A DNA stretch of 64,000 nt from Nageia nagi (Eukaryota; Plantae; Pinophyta): positions 178,498,001 through 178,562,000 of the forward strand of contig JBITNC010000001.1 of NCBI GenBank assembly GCA_050084985.1, read 5' to 3'. The translations under genes and the position numbers were made by a program. The notes beneath the pieces are model-generated. The model worked only from the letters and a program-made list of their open reading frames with translations, was not told the origin of the DNA and did not search any database. Shown here piece by piece: positions 1 to 13,830 of the stretch. Position 1 is the first letter of the stretch. Each line of letters begins with the position of its first letter.

Positions 1-368
1 ATCAAAAAAATAGGTGATAAAATTGATTTGCCATTTTGGTAACTTCTTCCCTCACCTAAAATGGTTGAGGAGTAAGATGTGGGTGCTAAAACTAGTATCA
101 AATCACCCATAAAGAATGAAATATCAAATAATCTAGGTGAAAATTCTATCCTAAGGTTCTAGTAGGCTTTAAAGTGCATACCCCTTATTTTGGTAATATC
201 CCCCTCCCATCCATACATAATTTTCCAAGAAATTGTTGGGAGGATTCCTTGGAATAACTTCATAAAAGTCATAACTCCTCCCTTATTAAACTTATTTAAA
301 CATTTTTTATTAGTTATGAGCTCCCTAACACTACTAGGCTCAGCTGTACATGCTTTTCCCATACTCAT
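1..368 (-). pseudogene. Extra ORF ('ORF3') downstream of LINE ORF2, internally deleted
   Basis: MSMGKACTAEPSSVREL...GGVMTFMKLFQG followed by YFILYG*FDTSFSTHILLLNHFR...INFITYFL; visibly homologous to 15860-16453 (-) and 22374-22740 (+). Confidence 0.7.
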
Positions 369-699
369 CTTTGCATGCAAAAGAGGTAAGCTAAACCCAA
401 ATAAAAAACAATGTTGCAAAAGTGATAGATTCTTGGGAATTTAACTCCCATTTTCATTCCTTGTTCTTATCCTTAGAAGTATTGTTAATATACAAATCAT
501 ATTACTTGATGGTCATTCTATTAATTCCTTGCTTGAATTTAAATTCATCCCCCTCGATTTTATTATAATGCATGTGATCATGCTAATGGGGTGATGTTAG
601 CTTTGTACCCTCCAATTGGCATGTATGGATAGCCCTCCAAGTGGATATTTTAAATGAAATTAATGATATTCACATCCTTTTTTGGGTTGATATTCATGC

Positions 700-3600
700 A
701 TGCTATTATATTTTGCATTACCACTAGAAGAGTTTTATGTGTTACTTTGGTGAGCGTTTGGTTGCACTCTCTAAAGACTCTAGTATTTCTCTCCTTCCGA
801 ATATTCCAATAGATGTGAGCTAAAAGGATTCATTTTGTTTCTTTAATATTATTTTTAGAATTTCCTAAGTGCCAGTCCTTGATAAGCATTTCCAAAGACT
901 AAGGGATAGTCATCCATTTCCCAAATTTATTTAAAATGATATCCCATATTTATGATAAAATTCATAATTAAGCAACATGTGACTAATTATTTCTTCTTAT
1001 TTTTCACATAGAGTGCATATTTTTGGGAAGTTTTATCCCTTTTTTTTAGATTATCCAAGGTGAGTATCTTTCCTTAAATATCTACCCACTTTGGGGGTGA
1101 AGCTCTTCCTCCATATCCTTTTCCATAAACATTTTATTTAGTCTTTGGAGTTGGTATTCAGGAAATTATATCCTATCTTAACAAAGAAATATGAATTCTT
1201 ACCTTGTACAACCTTCCACCAAAGTGAGTATTATTTTTATATCATGAAAAATGGGTAGGAATCTATAAGGGATGAAAGAGACTATAGTCCTACTACAATT
1301 TGGGGGTTATAAGCTAGGGGAGGGTCCTTCTAACCATGCCATCCATTATGGAGATATAATTCTTAAATTCTAGGCCTAAATTGATTTTATTCCATTCCAT
1401 TTTTGATCTAAATATATTATCTTGGGCAAGTGGTGTATCATGAATCGATATGTCTTCCCAAAATAGAACTTTATCTCCTTTCCCTATCTCCCATTTTGAG
1501 TTCTTCCATATTATATCTAAGAGACCATTACAAAAGATAAACCCTTTTGGGGGATTAAAGAAATTACGAAAGTTCCTTTTCCCCTCCATATATTTGAACC
1601 TATAAATTTTTTACCATTCATTTTCCCATCCACTCTCCATCTTCCAAGTGAGTTTCATTCTAAGTGCTTTGTTCATCCATTCTATTTGCCTAATGCCTAA
1701 GCCTCCTTCTAAATATTTTTGATAGAATAGAGGCTAGGCTACGAAGGACATCTTATTCTTCTCCTCTAGTCCCATCCAAAGGAAGTTTCTAAAAATATGG
1801 TCTATTTTTTTGGGTTATTAATGCAAGGATTTTGAAAACACTTACCATATACATCAAAATGCTTTGGAGGGTAGCTTTGACTAGTTGAATTTTGCCTACA
1901 AAAATAAGCATAGTCCCTTGCTAATCCATCATTTTTTAAAAATCTATTCATTACACGAATCCAAAAATTCTTATTAACTCTTACAACAAATAGAGTCACA
2001 CCAAGCTATATGGAAGGGAGGTTCCTTATTTGATAATTGAATACCTAGGCTATTTAGTTCCCACCTATTTGCAAGGGGTTCAAGAACAAGATACTGGTCT
2101 TTTCATAGTTTATTTTCTGTTTGGAGGTTTTTTTTATATATATCTAGTATCCTTTTTATATCTTTTTTTTTCATTAATACCAGTCTATCCAATTAGTATT
2201 ATGTCATCTATGAATTGATGGTGGGATATTGGTGTACGATTGGAAGCCAAAATGACTGCTATTCTATAAACCACTCTGGTTGCTTTTAGGTTCCTCCATA
2301 ATTCCTCTACAAGGATAATGAACAAGTAGGGGGAAATAGGATCTCCTTCTCTAAGGCCTTTGGTTACATTGAAAAAGCCCCATGCCTCCCTATTAATTAG
2401 TATGGAGAATAAGGCAATCAAGGTGCATAATCGAATCCATTTTCTCCATGTTTTATTGAAGCTAAATTTTTATAGAATTTGATCAAGAAAATTCCAAGAT
2501 ACTCTATCATAGGCCTTTTGCATGTATAGTTTTATTATCATTACCTTTTCTATTTTATAATTGATAGAATGAATTATCTCATACATAGTGATAATTCCAT
2601 CAACTATTTATTTACCTCTAACAAAACCATCTTATTCATCTGAAATGATTTTAGTAAGGAATTCTTGAAGTCTATTGGCTAAAAGTTTTGTAAATATTTT
2701 GTATAAGGTGTTGCAAATATTGATGGTTATGAACTCCTTTAGATTCAAGGTGCCATGAACTATTGGAATAAGGGATAAAAAAATATATTCCAACTCTATA
2801 TAAGTGCATCATTCTTTTGAAATTTTTGAATCACACTAATGATATCCTCTCCTACTATTTCCCAAAAGGTTTGGAAGAAACTAATGGAAAAACTATCAAG
2901 GGTTGGAGCTTTATCTTTACCCATTAGGAAGAGGTAAAAAATAGTTTCATATTCTATGAAGGGAGCTATAGGCTTTTAATTATCCTCCTTGAGATCCTTT
3001 GGGGATTATTGGTTAGAAGGGTTTCATCTACTTCTTGATCATCATTCAACTCCTTAGTGAGGAGATATTTATAGAGCTGAACAATTATTTCTTTCATAAG
3101 GATTCATATCCAATTATGGATCCATTACATCTTCAATCCTTTTGATATTTTTATGGCCCTACATTTCATGATTGTTATCTTGAAAACTTTAGTATTATGG
3201 TCCCCAACTTTTAGCCAATCATTGTAAGATTGTTTTTTCTAGTGAAGTTCTTCCTAAAAGAGAATTTTGTGATATTTAGTTTTTAATTCTCACTCTCTAG
3301 CTATGATTTCCTCTCTTCTACCCTAGCTCTGAGTCAATTATTGTAAGTTGTTTAGTTCCAACTTAATCTCATCCTTTTATCTATTAATATTTTTGAAGGT
3401 CTATATGTTCTAGGTTTTTACGTTAGTCTTGATGTATTTTAGCTTAGAAGATACCTGAAACATGTTGGTTCCATCTACTTTAAGGCTTCACCATTCTTAA
3501 ATAAGGTTAGGTAGGGAAGGATTAGTGAGCCATACATTTTCAAATTCGAATGGGGTTCATTATTTTTAGGAGGGGTGTTTGAGAAGGACGGGATTATGAT

Positions 3601-4298
3601 TAAAGGTGATTTTAGTTTATGTAATAAGGGAATAATTGGGGAATTGGGAGAACCAATCAACTGAACATAAGGCTCTATCTAGTTTGGTTTGGATACAATT
3701 CTCTTTCAATCTCAAATTATTCCAAGTGAAGCCAACTCCATATAATTTAAGTTCTATCAACATATTATCATTCAAGAATTCTCTCAAAGCATCTAAATTA
3801 TTTTAATTTTTATGATCCTCATCCTTTTTTCTTATGTCGATGAAGTATGGTGTTAAAGTCACCTATAATTAAACAATGTCATTTATAAAATAATCTTCTA
3901 TCCTCTGAGAGGTTGAGGAAGTTACACCTCCTTTCTCCTAGGTAATTTGGAGCATATATATTGGTAATGACATAAGAAAAAATATATTATTTTATTATAC
4001 AAAAGAGATGGATGTACCTATTGGAATTTTGGAGGAGGGTTAGGTTTAAGACTTTAATTTCTTTAGGTTTCCAATGAATGACCAACCCTCCTAAAGCCCC
4101 TTTAGTTGCTTTCCATATAAAGTTTACTCTTCTCCATAATTTCCTTTTGACATCTATTATCCTATCTTTTTTTTTTTTTTTTTAATTTTCATTTCTAAAG
4201 TAGCATTTATGAAAGTTTGATATATTTCCATAATTCTCAAAAAGATATTTATTTTTTGAGATCGTACATCCCCTTATGTTCCAACTAAGGACTTTCAT
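700..4298 (-). pseudogene. LINE ORF2 (APE endonuclease + reverse transcriptase), disrupted
   Basis: ATG at 4298 (MKVLSWNIRG), QGDPLSPYLF-like and xADD-like RT motifs, multiple in-frame stops. Confidence 0.88.
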
Positions 4299-7200
4299 TG
4301 GGATGGGAACATTCCACTTTGCTCCAAAGTGGTTTGGGTACCATTGATAATATCTTCTTTATTTTTTTAGTCTATTTTTTTTAATGGTCTTCTTGGGCCT
4401 CTTTGAACTACATTAGATATCTTCCTATGGCTAATTTATTGTATTAGAGGTATTTCATATATTTGATGGGTTATTTGGATTCCTTCTCCTTCTTCCATTC
4501 AAATCCTTTTCCTAATTCGATGGATTACTTCATCGAATGCTTCATCTATGACTATTTTGATATCCATCATTTCTTCCAAGTTTCTATAATAGTTGCATTC
4601 TCTTCATTAGGTGAGTCCCTTTAAGAATTTCTAATGGTGAAAATGTATTCTTTCCTTTTACTTTTGTTGGTTCTTTCTTATCGATCTAATTCTATCTATT
4701 ATTACCTTTCTTAATTTATTACTTAATCTTGTTGTTATTGAAGCTCTTTTTCTTCTACCCTAGTTTCTATACTTGAATCCATTTGTCTTCCCTTTTATTT
4801 CCTCTAATTTGTTGTAATTGAGTGGCAATTTAAATTTCAAAATTCCATTTAGGATATTATTTTACATAGTGATCATATTGTTTGCATATAGGGCATTAGA
4901 AAGGTAAATTTATATAAACCATTTCTTTCTCCTATGTACCTTTTTCCTCTTCAGCCAAAAAATCCCTCTTCCTTAGTTCATTTGAAACATTAATATTAAC
5001 ACATACTAAAGCATATGTCATTCTTATTTTAGCTTTCATTCCTAGCTTGATCAAAATAAGTTTACCAATTGACTCTGTAAGATTTGATACCATAGAAGTA
5101 GCCCAATATTCAACTAGGAGGCCTCAAAATCTGAACCAGGTAGGGATTAAGTTGATGTTTTCCATCTTTGATCTAAAGCCTTTATACCATTATTTTAGAT
5201 TTAGGCCTTTTCTCCCAAGAAACCATGATCCCATTTTAAGGGCTATTTCTAAATCTTCTTTGCATGAAAAATTGAGAAACATAAATTCTCTTGGGAATTG
5301 AACCAAATCAACCTAGCCTTTTGTTACCCATTTTTACTTCATCAATTGGTGAATGATCTTGATTCTAGGTCTAATTCCTACAAAATGAACAGGTATTTTT
5401 TTGTGCTTAACTTCGCTATTTATCAAATTTTTAGGGATGGTAATGCGTACTTTATTATCGACCATTTTTTTTTCTAGTTTAACATCGATTTCTTCTTCTA
5501 ATTTGTGTTTATCTTGCATGAAAATATTTTTCCATTCCTTTTTCAAGAAGGATCCTTTTTTAATTCAAGATTTGTTCATTCCTCCTTATGCTCCACTTTG
5601 CAACCATCAAAGGTTCCCAAGAGTGGTGAAAGAGGAAGCCAAAAAATACTCTTACACCTCTCAATCATGAGAAAAGAAGAGCAAAAAATTAGAGCAATTC
5701 ACTATTTTTCATCAAGATGATGTACATATTACTCTCAGTCAACAACAATGAATATATATTTTGTTATTCTATCATACTTATCCCTAATAGTGATAAACAT
5801 TAATATGTATATGCTTTATGTATTAGCTATGTTGTACAAAATGGATGAGTAATAAATACTTTTAGTGGAATTTGGATTAACCTCCAGTATTATCTCTTGA
5901 AAAGATAGAAGAAATAACTCATAAATAAATTCCTTTCATAATGTTAGCTATTGGGTTTTCAAAAATAAAAATTAGTGATATTACTATTGAATTGAATGAT
6001 TTTAGCCAAAATATTTTAAATAGGGTGAGTTACATGTAATAAAAGTTGGAATACACCATCTTGGTGGTTTAGCATCTTTAAATAAATTTCATTGATGATA
6101 TCATGGGCAAATTTTCTAATAAAATTTGTAGTAAGTACAACAAGGATAAATTCAATTGAAGTTTAACATGCACAAAAGGCATTGATATATATTATTTGTA
6201 GGTCTCAATTTCATTCAAATGTTGGTATAGAAAGATGAAAAAAATATTACCTCTAAGTTCCTTGAAAGGGTGATCAGAATCATGCAACTCCATCAAAGGG
6301 AGTTTCATATAAGAGGAAAATGAAAGCTATATTACAATTAACAATTTGAATATAATATATAATCTATACTTTAGATTGTGGCTTGGAAGCATTTTAAACT
6401 TCTTATCTAGAGTTTTGCAACTACTAAATCTTATTTAGGATCAAAATATAATTGAATATTAAAAAAATATTAGAGATTTTAGCAATAAAAATAAATAATT
6501 CTAGGATTTCATGAGTTGATGTTTCTAGTGAAGCCTAAGATGATAATATGTAGATGGATAAGGATATCCTTATAACTATTGTTGGATAAATTTTTTATCA
6601 CCAGCCATTCGTTATCTTTATAAATAGTTTTATTTTCTTCTAAAGTATTTAGGTTTTTCATATGGTAGTATTGAAAAATAGAATCAACTAAATAATGATC
6701 AATATTTTATGGAAGTAGTTACATGTGATGGTATATTCCCTAGCTTAATATCTATTTCTATGAAGATTGTCTAGAATATTATGGTTATTTAAAAAATGTT
6801 AGATGAATACTTGGAATTTTTCATAAAACTATGGATTGAAGAAGATTATAAGAAAGTCACTTCATAAAGAATGATATTCTCTACTTCTTTTTATTGAATT
6901 TTATTAGAAAATAGTCAAGGTAGTTTTGTTTGCCCCAAATATAGGAAATTAGATAACTACTTTGAGAGGTAAAGAATTAATATAAAGATTATTCATGATT
7001 TATAATTGAAAATAAGTTTCATCATTTAACAAGGCTCAAGATTAATTCTCTAGCTATTTAGAATTGCATCTAGTCTTAGGTGTAATTTTGATAGCTGAAG
7101 AAACTTTATCATTTCTTTGCTTTCTATCTTTTTAAAAAATATAATTTGGCAAATACATTTAGTATATTTTCAAGAATTTATTTATGAAAGAATATTTAAA

Positions 7201-8019
7201 TGTATGGGATTCAAAATAAAATACATGTAATTTTCTGTAATTATTTTCTTGATTCAATGTCAGGTGTCCCTTTGAAAATATAACAAGCTTAAATAGTTAG
7301 ATTTTTGAAGGCAATTGATATTTTATGCTAGTCAACAACATAAGATTGAGGCTTTAAAATACATGCATTTTGTGATTAAATATTATTTTATGAAAATAAG
7401 CATTGAATTACATTAGAAGATGAATAGTTATGTGAATGTGATTATATGAAGTAAATAATTAAACTTATCACAAAAAGGTGTTACAATCTTACTACTAAGG
7501 ATGACATTATTAAAAGGAAGGTTTGCAACCCATGTGTTTGCCTAAATTTTTTTTGTGAGAAGAAAAATTAGTTAGCACATCCCTAACAAATCATACCTTG
7601 ATGGACCACTTGAATGGTTAAATTTTTAATAAGCAAATGACCATATTTTGTACCAAATATCTAAAGTAAATTTCCTCCCTTGGATAGGCAAATATATAGA
7701 TATCCTCTATCTCCCTTCCAAAAGATAGAGGGTCCTAGTATCTAAATCCTATCTCTTTGTCAACACTATCGATAAGTTAGCATCCAACCACTATCATAGG
7801 AAATCCAAAGGTATATTCCAAATATATTGTTGGTAATATTAGATACTATTTATTATGAAGAGAAAAACATTGAAATATCCAAAGAATATCACTTTAGTAA
7901 GTTCAAGAAAATAGCTATTCTTCTTTATATTGTAATGAATAAATCTAGTATGAATTTATAACATAAAAATATATAAAATTAGTTAAAAAGAGAATAATAT
8001 ATAATATAAAAATATGATT

Positions 8020-8340
8020 CTCTTATCAAGATAAAAATAATTCTTTTCTCATCAAGATAAAATTATGGCACTCTCAACCAGATAAAATTATGGTGTTCCC
8101 ATAAAGATAAAATTATGATGTTCTCATGAATATACAAACACACACAAATACATTTTATAATACTATAATCCTTTCAAAACTACTATGGTATACCATGATT
8201 TTCATCAAGATAATTATCCTTTCTTTTTTCTTTGTCTCTGTGTATATATATAGACATACACATGTCAATATTTTAAAGAAAATACTATAAGCCATTGAAA
8301 ACCTCTTTGTTATACCATATTTTTCATCAAGATCATTGGG
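8020..8340. repeat. Short tandem array (~25-bp unit containing AGATAAAA, x4) plus a ~120-bp-period duplication
   Basis: The motif (t/c)caagataaaa(a/t)ta recurs at about 8026, 8052, 8077 and 8102; tactataa...ataccat...tttcatcaagat occurs at ~8161 and ~8283. Confidence 0.6.
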
Positions 8341-9309
8341 ATTTTTATTTTCTATGTATTTTTCATTGTATAATCATGATTTTGAAATCAATTTTATTTT
8401 TCAAAATTAAAATCTAAATATTGCCCAACATTTTTGAAAATTTCATCATAAATTATTAAAATTGATAGAACATGATAAAATAATATCATAAACAAGAATA
8501 TTTAACTTATTGAAGGCTCCTTCCTCAAAATATCTATCATTGATGAGAATAATACTATGTAATGATGAAAAAGGTTGATAAAACATATAAAGAAATCAAG
8601 AAACTCAAAACTAAAAATGATTTAAACCCTTATTTACAACAAATCAACTTATTTATTCAAAATGTACTATCATGCTTTTATTCTTTTTGAGTGGTCCAGA
8701 AGGGTATCACATCCCCCTTATTCCATTTTGTGATTTTTTCCTCATCTCTCATATTCTTCTTATTGATATCGATTTTTACATAACTTACACTATACATCCT
8801 ATGATAGTTAAAATATAGATAAATAAGATAATAATATAACTATTTTGTCCATCAAATGCTTCTCTTTCACCCTTGCCAATATCATTTGGTATCATTTACC
8901 TATTATTGTTTAAGTATCATGGATAACCCATAGAATGCATTATCAAGAGAATAAAATATTAATTAAATCTAAATACTATACTATGGGCTTAGAAATAAGA
9001 TCTTACCCCACATATCCTACCTTGAAACTAATGTATCATTCTCATAAATGATATAATTTTCTTCTCCTACTTAATTTAAATTTTAAAAAAAGAAGATAAA
9101 ATACATCAAACTCATTTTGTAGGTATGCTAATGAATTATTAGAGGGGTTAAATTATCCAAGATCAATGTTGTTCAACATAGGTATCAATGATAAGAAAGC
9201 ATATTTAAAGAAAGTTAAAATATCATTCTAATTAAGTAATTTTTGATATTTCATATTAACTTTGACTTTCTATTTCTTACATTTATAATATATCCTTGAA
9301 ATGTTTAAT

Positions 9310-9313
<4 letters not shown>

Positions 9314-9359
<46 letters not shown>
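9314..9359. repeat. (AT)n microsatellite
   Basis: Direct reading. Confidence 0.98.
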
Positions 9360-9363
<4 letters not shown>

Positions 9364-10413
9364 TAATGTAATTTTAATTTTTCCATTTAATGAATCTAAC
9401 TAAGATGATTTCATTCCTCTCTTCTACTAAGATTAATAGCATATTCTAATTATTATTTAATACCTTATATAATACAAAGATATTGTAAGGTGTCAAGAAG
9501 ACAAGATCTAGATTCATAAAGGTAGATCATCAAATGTTAAAGATCAATATAGACCATTTCAGGATACTTAAGCATTGCAGTATTTTTAGAATATCTATAA
9601 TATTTTTTTATTTAATCAAATTTCACACAATAAAATTTTAATCATATGTGGTATTTTTAAATAAAATTTTATTCCAAGTTTATCTAAGAAAATAAGAAAT
9701 CTACATCTACGTTATTAAAAAAAATCTCTTCAAAAACAATACAAAGTTTAAAATACAAAATTGGAAATGAACATGGACACATTATGATTGTTTAGATATT
9801 CATGTTATATAAGTGCAGGAAAAAGTGAACAAGGGTACCTTGTAAAATATTCTTTTATCACTGTGACCATGATACAATTAGCATTTAGTTGAAGCATGAG
9901 ACATCAAACGAAGTTGTGAATCTCCATCCAAACACTTCAACTGTCATGATTTACATTAACTTTTTGGTAGTTGTTTGGGGGTCAAATTTTTATCATTATT
10001 TTGAGTATCTTAATCTAATTCAAATTCTCTGGATAATTTTCTTTGTTTTCTTTCCTTTTCAAAGTTTCTAGGGGTCAACAACACCCATGTAGAAAATTTC
10101 ATCCAATTACTGTACACAACTTAAGTTTATGCTCCTAATTTGTTGTGAGCAAGATTTTACTGAATCAAACACGTTGCGATCTTTTGAAATACATTGTATG
10201 CTTTGTCTAGTAGCCTGAAATATTTTGTTATTCCTTTAGCAAGTTTAGTGTGTCATTGATCTGCCACCAGCACCTAAAATAGTATGCAACCAAACATATC
10301 CATTTTGGGACTGCAAAATCTCATTAGTTGTCATATTGCATGGTATATATAATTATTCCATTGTGCAACCCAGGAAGAAGTTTTGTGCCAAATGTCAATT
10401 TTAATTTCTGTAG

Positions 10414-11500
10414 CACCCACCTGCATAAACAGAAATTGCAATTGTGTCCTCTTATTTATTGGTCCCTCCATTCATTTGGATGTAAGGTTGTGGTTCACGT
10501 TTGAAGTAACAAACTAAAACCTCCCCTTTCATCATTTGTTGGATGTTCACAGTTTTAGAAGATAAGGAGGACGTAAGGACGAAAAGCTAATTCAAAGGTA
10601 TGTTCAATTTCCATAAATGGCTTCCACCATCTTTTCAGAACAGATATCTGAAACAGTTTTATTGATCACATCTTTTTATAATATAAAGAACTATGTGGAA
10701 TGAAATTTTAAAAAAATATTTCTTGAGAGAAAAGTAACCTAAAATTTTCTATTGGCTTGCCTACAGTGGATGTTAACAGTTGGATCCTTTTTTGCTCAGG
10801 TTAGTTGTTTAGAAATGAGATTGAAATCATATATGTCTGTATCATTATTCTAACTATTGTTATCTTGTTGATATCGAGTTTCATCGTAACCTTTGAGAAG
10901 AGATGTTCATTTTTTTACATTTGTGTCTGTGCAATACTAACCCAATTCCTCAGTAACCAGAATAGATAATATGGAGCTTTAGAAGTACCCCTTTTGTTTC
11001 GGATACTGCGTGCAGTAGTCATATTATAATTGGATGCCTAGCTTGTAACAAGGCGCAGCTTCTGAACAAAACATATTGGCATTCCAAAGATATGACCAAA
11101 AAGCCTGCATAAGCTCCTGTGAAACGTAGGTATTTGGAGCCTTAATACCTTTTGAATGAAAAACTTTATTGTAAATGCATGTTATGAAGAAATTAAAAAA
11201 CTACAAAGAAGATCACATCATCAATTTCAACAAAAAATATAGTAAGAAGATTCATGCATTGCACTAGAAAGATTTGCAGTATTCCAGATATTGTTAAACC
11301 AAATTGCATGTAACTTTGTTAGATAGTCCAATGAAGTAGTAAGATTATAATATTTACTTATAGTGAATATCAATAGTATTAACATATGTACAAGGTTATC
11401 TTCCAAATTCAGCTTATATCATCTTTGGTTTCTGTATAGGATTGGTTGAAAACTGATAAATCAAATTGATAACTGATTTTAGTATATACACTTAAAATTT
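10414..11500 (+). other. Candidate spliced transcript segment (UTR exons, lncRNA or gene terminus) with short exons 10414-10481, 10553-10597, 10767-10799 and 10961-11129
   Basis: GT-AG introns 10482-10552 (gtaagg...cacag), 10598-10766 (gtatgt...tacag) and 10800-10960 (gttagt...TACTAAC at 10935-10941...ccag), plus a possible 11130-11439. The region keeps CG/CAG/CTG, unlike its flanks. No long ORF. Confidence 0.5.
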
Positions 11501-11835
11501 AAACAATATAAACCCAAAATATATGAATGAATTTGGTTAGAAGATCCCATTATTGAAGAATATGCTAGGCTGTAGAAATATCATGAATCCTTGGTTTCTA
11601 TAGTTTGATGGAGGAGAAAGGTATGGAACGTAAAAGGTTCATATTTTGGTGTGGGTACATGAGGAGTGTTTCTAACATGGTGTGGGATTTGAGAAGGAGG
11701 AGGATTATGGCATTCTTAAGATTGGATAGAGTAGGACGAGAAGATTTTGGAGAATACAATTCAATTGTTTCACATAATCACTCAATTAGATGTTGGTTCT
11801 GAGAGAAAAATGATTGCTTCGTCTGTTCATAAGTG

Positions 11836-11843
11836 GTGGGCCC
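11836..11843. promoter_or_regulatory. TCP-binding / site II-like motif GTGGGCCC at the edge of the CG-retaining island
   Basis: Exact GTGGGCCC immediately followed by TGTCA. It is a single short motif, so function is unproven. Confidence 0.3.
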
Positions 11844-12269
11844 TGTCAAGTAGAATGCAAGTCTGAAGAGTAATTAGAAGGATGAAAAACTTTTTTATTA
11901 TGATTTTTTTTTTTTCAAAATAGAAATAATTAAAATAATTCTCTTTAGTGGTTTGAGGTTGATTTGCATATGATTTTTCATTTTTTAAATTAGAAATAAT
12001 TAAAATAATGTTGATTTGTAATGTATGCATGGTTACTAAATTTATTTATTGTTTTAATATTTTTCTATATATATATATAATTGTTGTACAACTAAAATAA
12101 AAATTAATTGAAGCAATCTAAGATTATCTATTTAATTTGTTTTGGTAGGATAAAATACAAGAAATTATGTACCTTCTGTGCAAGGAAATATTAGGAAGCT
12201 AATATTACTTAGAACACTATCCATTGATGTCAACCTCAATTAAGATACATCATATCATAGAAGGTAGCA

Positions 12270-12420
12270 CAAGTTTGGTGAATATATTGACCATTCATTC
12301 TTCATTATTGCAATACTTTAAATCGACATTGCCTTCTTCTATAAAATCTTATACCAAAATATGATGCACCTCAATGCTCTTAGATTATGTATGGTAATTA
12401 TAATTATTTACTAATTAAAG
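12270..12420 (-). mobile_element. Ty1/Copia RNase H C-terminal remnant
   Basis: Minus strand reads YHT*SKSIEVHH..DFIEEGNVDLKYCNNEE*MVNIFTK, matching the Copia FHxRSKHIExxYHF...QxADIFTK signature. Confidence 0.75.
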
Positions 12421-12779
12421 GAAAATTTGATCATAGTGGCTTATTTTTAAGACATGTTTAACTAATTAAGAGATATAGTACTTAACTTCACCCCATCCTC
12501 AAAAGATGTAGTTGTGGGTTTACAATAAAAAATATAACTTTCTTTAATGTATATCGATATACTTATATTATGAGATATAATTATATTCTTCTTACAAAAC
12601 TTTCATGCCTAAAATTAGTGCATGAATTTAATTTTTATTTTAAAAGTTATCTCTAATTATATATAGTTTTTATTAATTTTTTTGATATGGATAAATTGAA
12701 AGGATTTTTTATACAAGAATCCATCTATAAAAAATAAATTTGATTCATCACCCTTCCCTTCTTATTTTATATTGTTTTA

Positions 12780-13830
12780 GATGAGAGAGAAATTCATGGT
12801 GATCCATAACCTAGATACCAATTACATGCTCTTATCTATCTAATACTATCTAATTCTAAAACCTCTGAGAGTTTCAACTTCTAAGTCTATAGTGTGCCCA
12901 TATTCACTTTGTAGTTGTGATCTTAGTTCTTTCCAGGTTTGAGGGGAAAACCTCTCCCAAACTAGAGCAATGTAGATTGTTTACCATAATCTATTTCCTT
13001 TGTAGTATTATTTTCTCTCTTTTCACCTTTGTTGGGGCATCCTAAATGTCTTTGACCTACATCTATCCTTTTGGATGTACTTCTAGTTATTCGATGAACA
13101 CTCATCAGGGTGCATGTCTCTTTAGAATCATATGGTTTATCTAGGGTAGCCACATGAATTCATTTCTTCTTCTCCATAGTAACCTTCTTCATAGGTTCAT
13201 CCATCATCTTCTATATAAATTTTGAGTTTGTTTCCTTTGTATTTTCTTTTGTTTCATCAATCATCTTCCCCATGGATTCTAATTTTGTAACAATTGTGCT
13301 TCTTATCATCCCAAGATCAATCCTTTTCTTCTAAAAAATCATGGTTTTCTCAAGACATAATTTGTATCTTCTTCTAAACCAAAACTGAATATGATGAAAT
13401 CATTAGGCATCACTATGGCTTCCAACTTATTCTTGGTCTTCCAATGCAATTTAATCCATTCTCAAATGTGATCGATGTTTTTATTTATGCTATGCATTTT
13501 TTCAATTACCTTCACTCTTTGTTTTCTTCCACTAGCATGATAATGTCATCAAGGATATTAAGATTAATTTTGTGTCATTTAACCTCCATCCAAAGTGGGG
13601 GGGCTAAATTTGGTATTGAGTCTTTCCCATGGGAATGCCTCCATACCCAATTAGCAGTTATCATGGAGGGTTGTAACAAAGTAGAAAGCTACCACAGATT
13701 CCCTAGAAAGATCACTCTTGCCCAAGGCAATGGTTGAGGTAGCTTAAATAACAAAAGCTATAGAGATCATAACAATCGAGGAAACTTACCTATTATTTTT
13801 TGCAAACCCTAAATTAATTACACACTTCTT
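12780..13830 (-). mobile_element. Probable LINE 3' / ORF3-region fragment
   Basis: LNH-containing motif near 13735 and charged low-complexity ORF remnants (12962..13153) resemble the 3' parts of the other LINE copies. Weak. Confidence 0.35.

Larger units (their letters stand above)
1..5710 (-). mobile_element. Degenerate, near full-length L1-clade LINE (ORF1, ORF2 EN-RT-zf, extra 3' ORF); 3' end lies beyond the window start
   Basis: Minus-strand motifs occur in the expected order. ORF1 DUF4283-like GSWFLGRKGL lies near 5230. ORF2 starts MKVLSWNIRGC at 4298. RT motifs KGLREGDPISPYLF and HQFIDD are in ORF 2185..2421, followed by IGKGDKVLFWED (1314..1589), zf-RVT-like IWRKSFTPKVG (~1100) and WNIRKERNTRVF (~790). 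Many stops and frameshifts. Confidence 0.92.

Noticed and set aside
6190-7330. Possible decayed exons or DNA-transposase remnant (tgtag|g and tcag|g acceptors)
   Set aside because: No recognisable protein motif could be read; too degenerate to call.
11605-11802. 65-aa + strand ORF (MMEEKGMERKRF...)
   Set aside because: No recognisable homology, and the length is within chance expectation.
13804-13813. Telomere-like AAACCCTAAA
   Set aside because: A single unit; no array and no telomerase-RNA promoter context.
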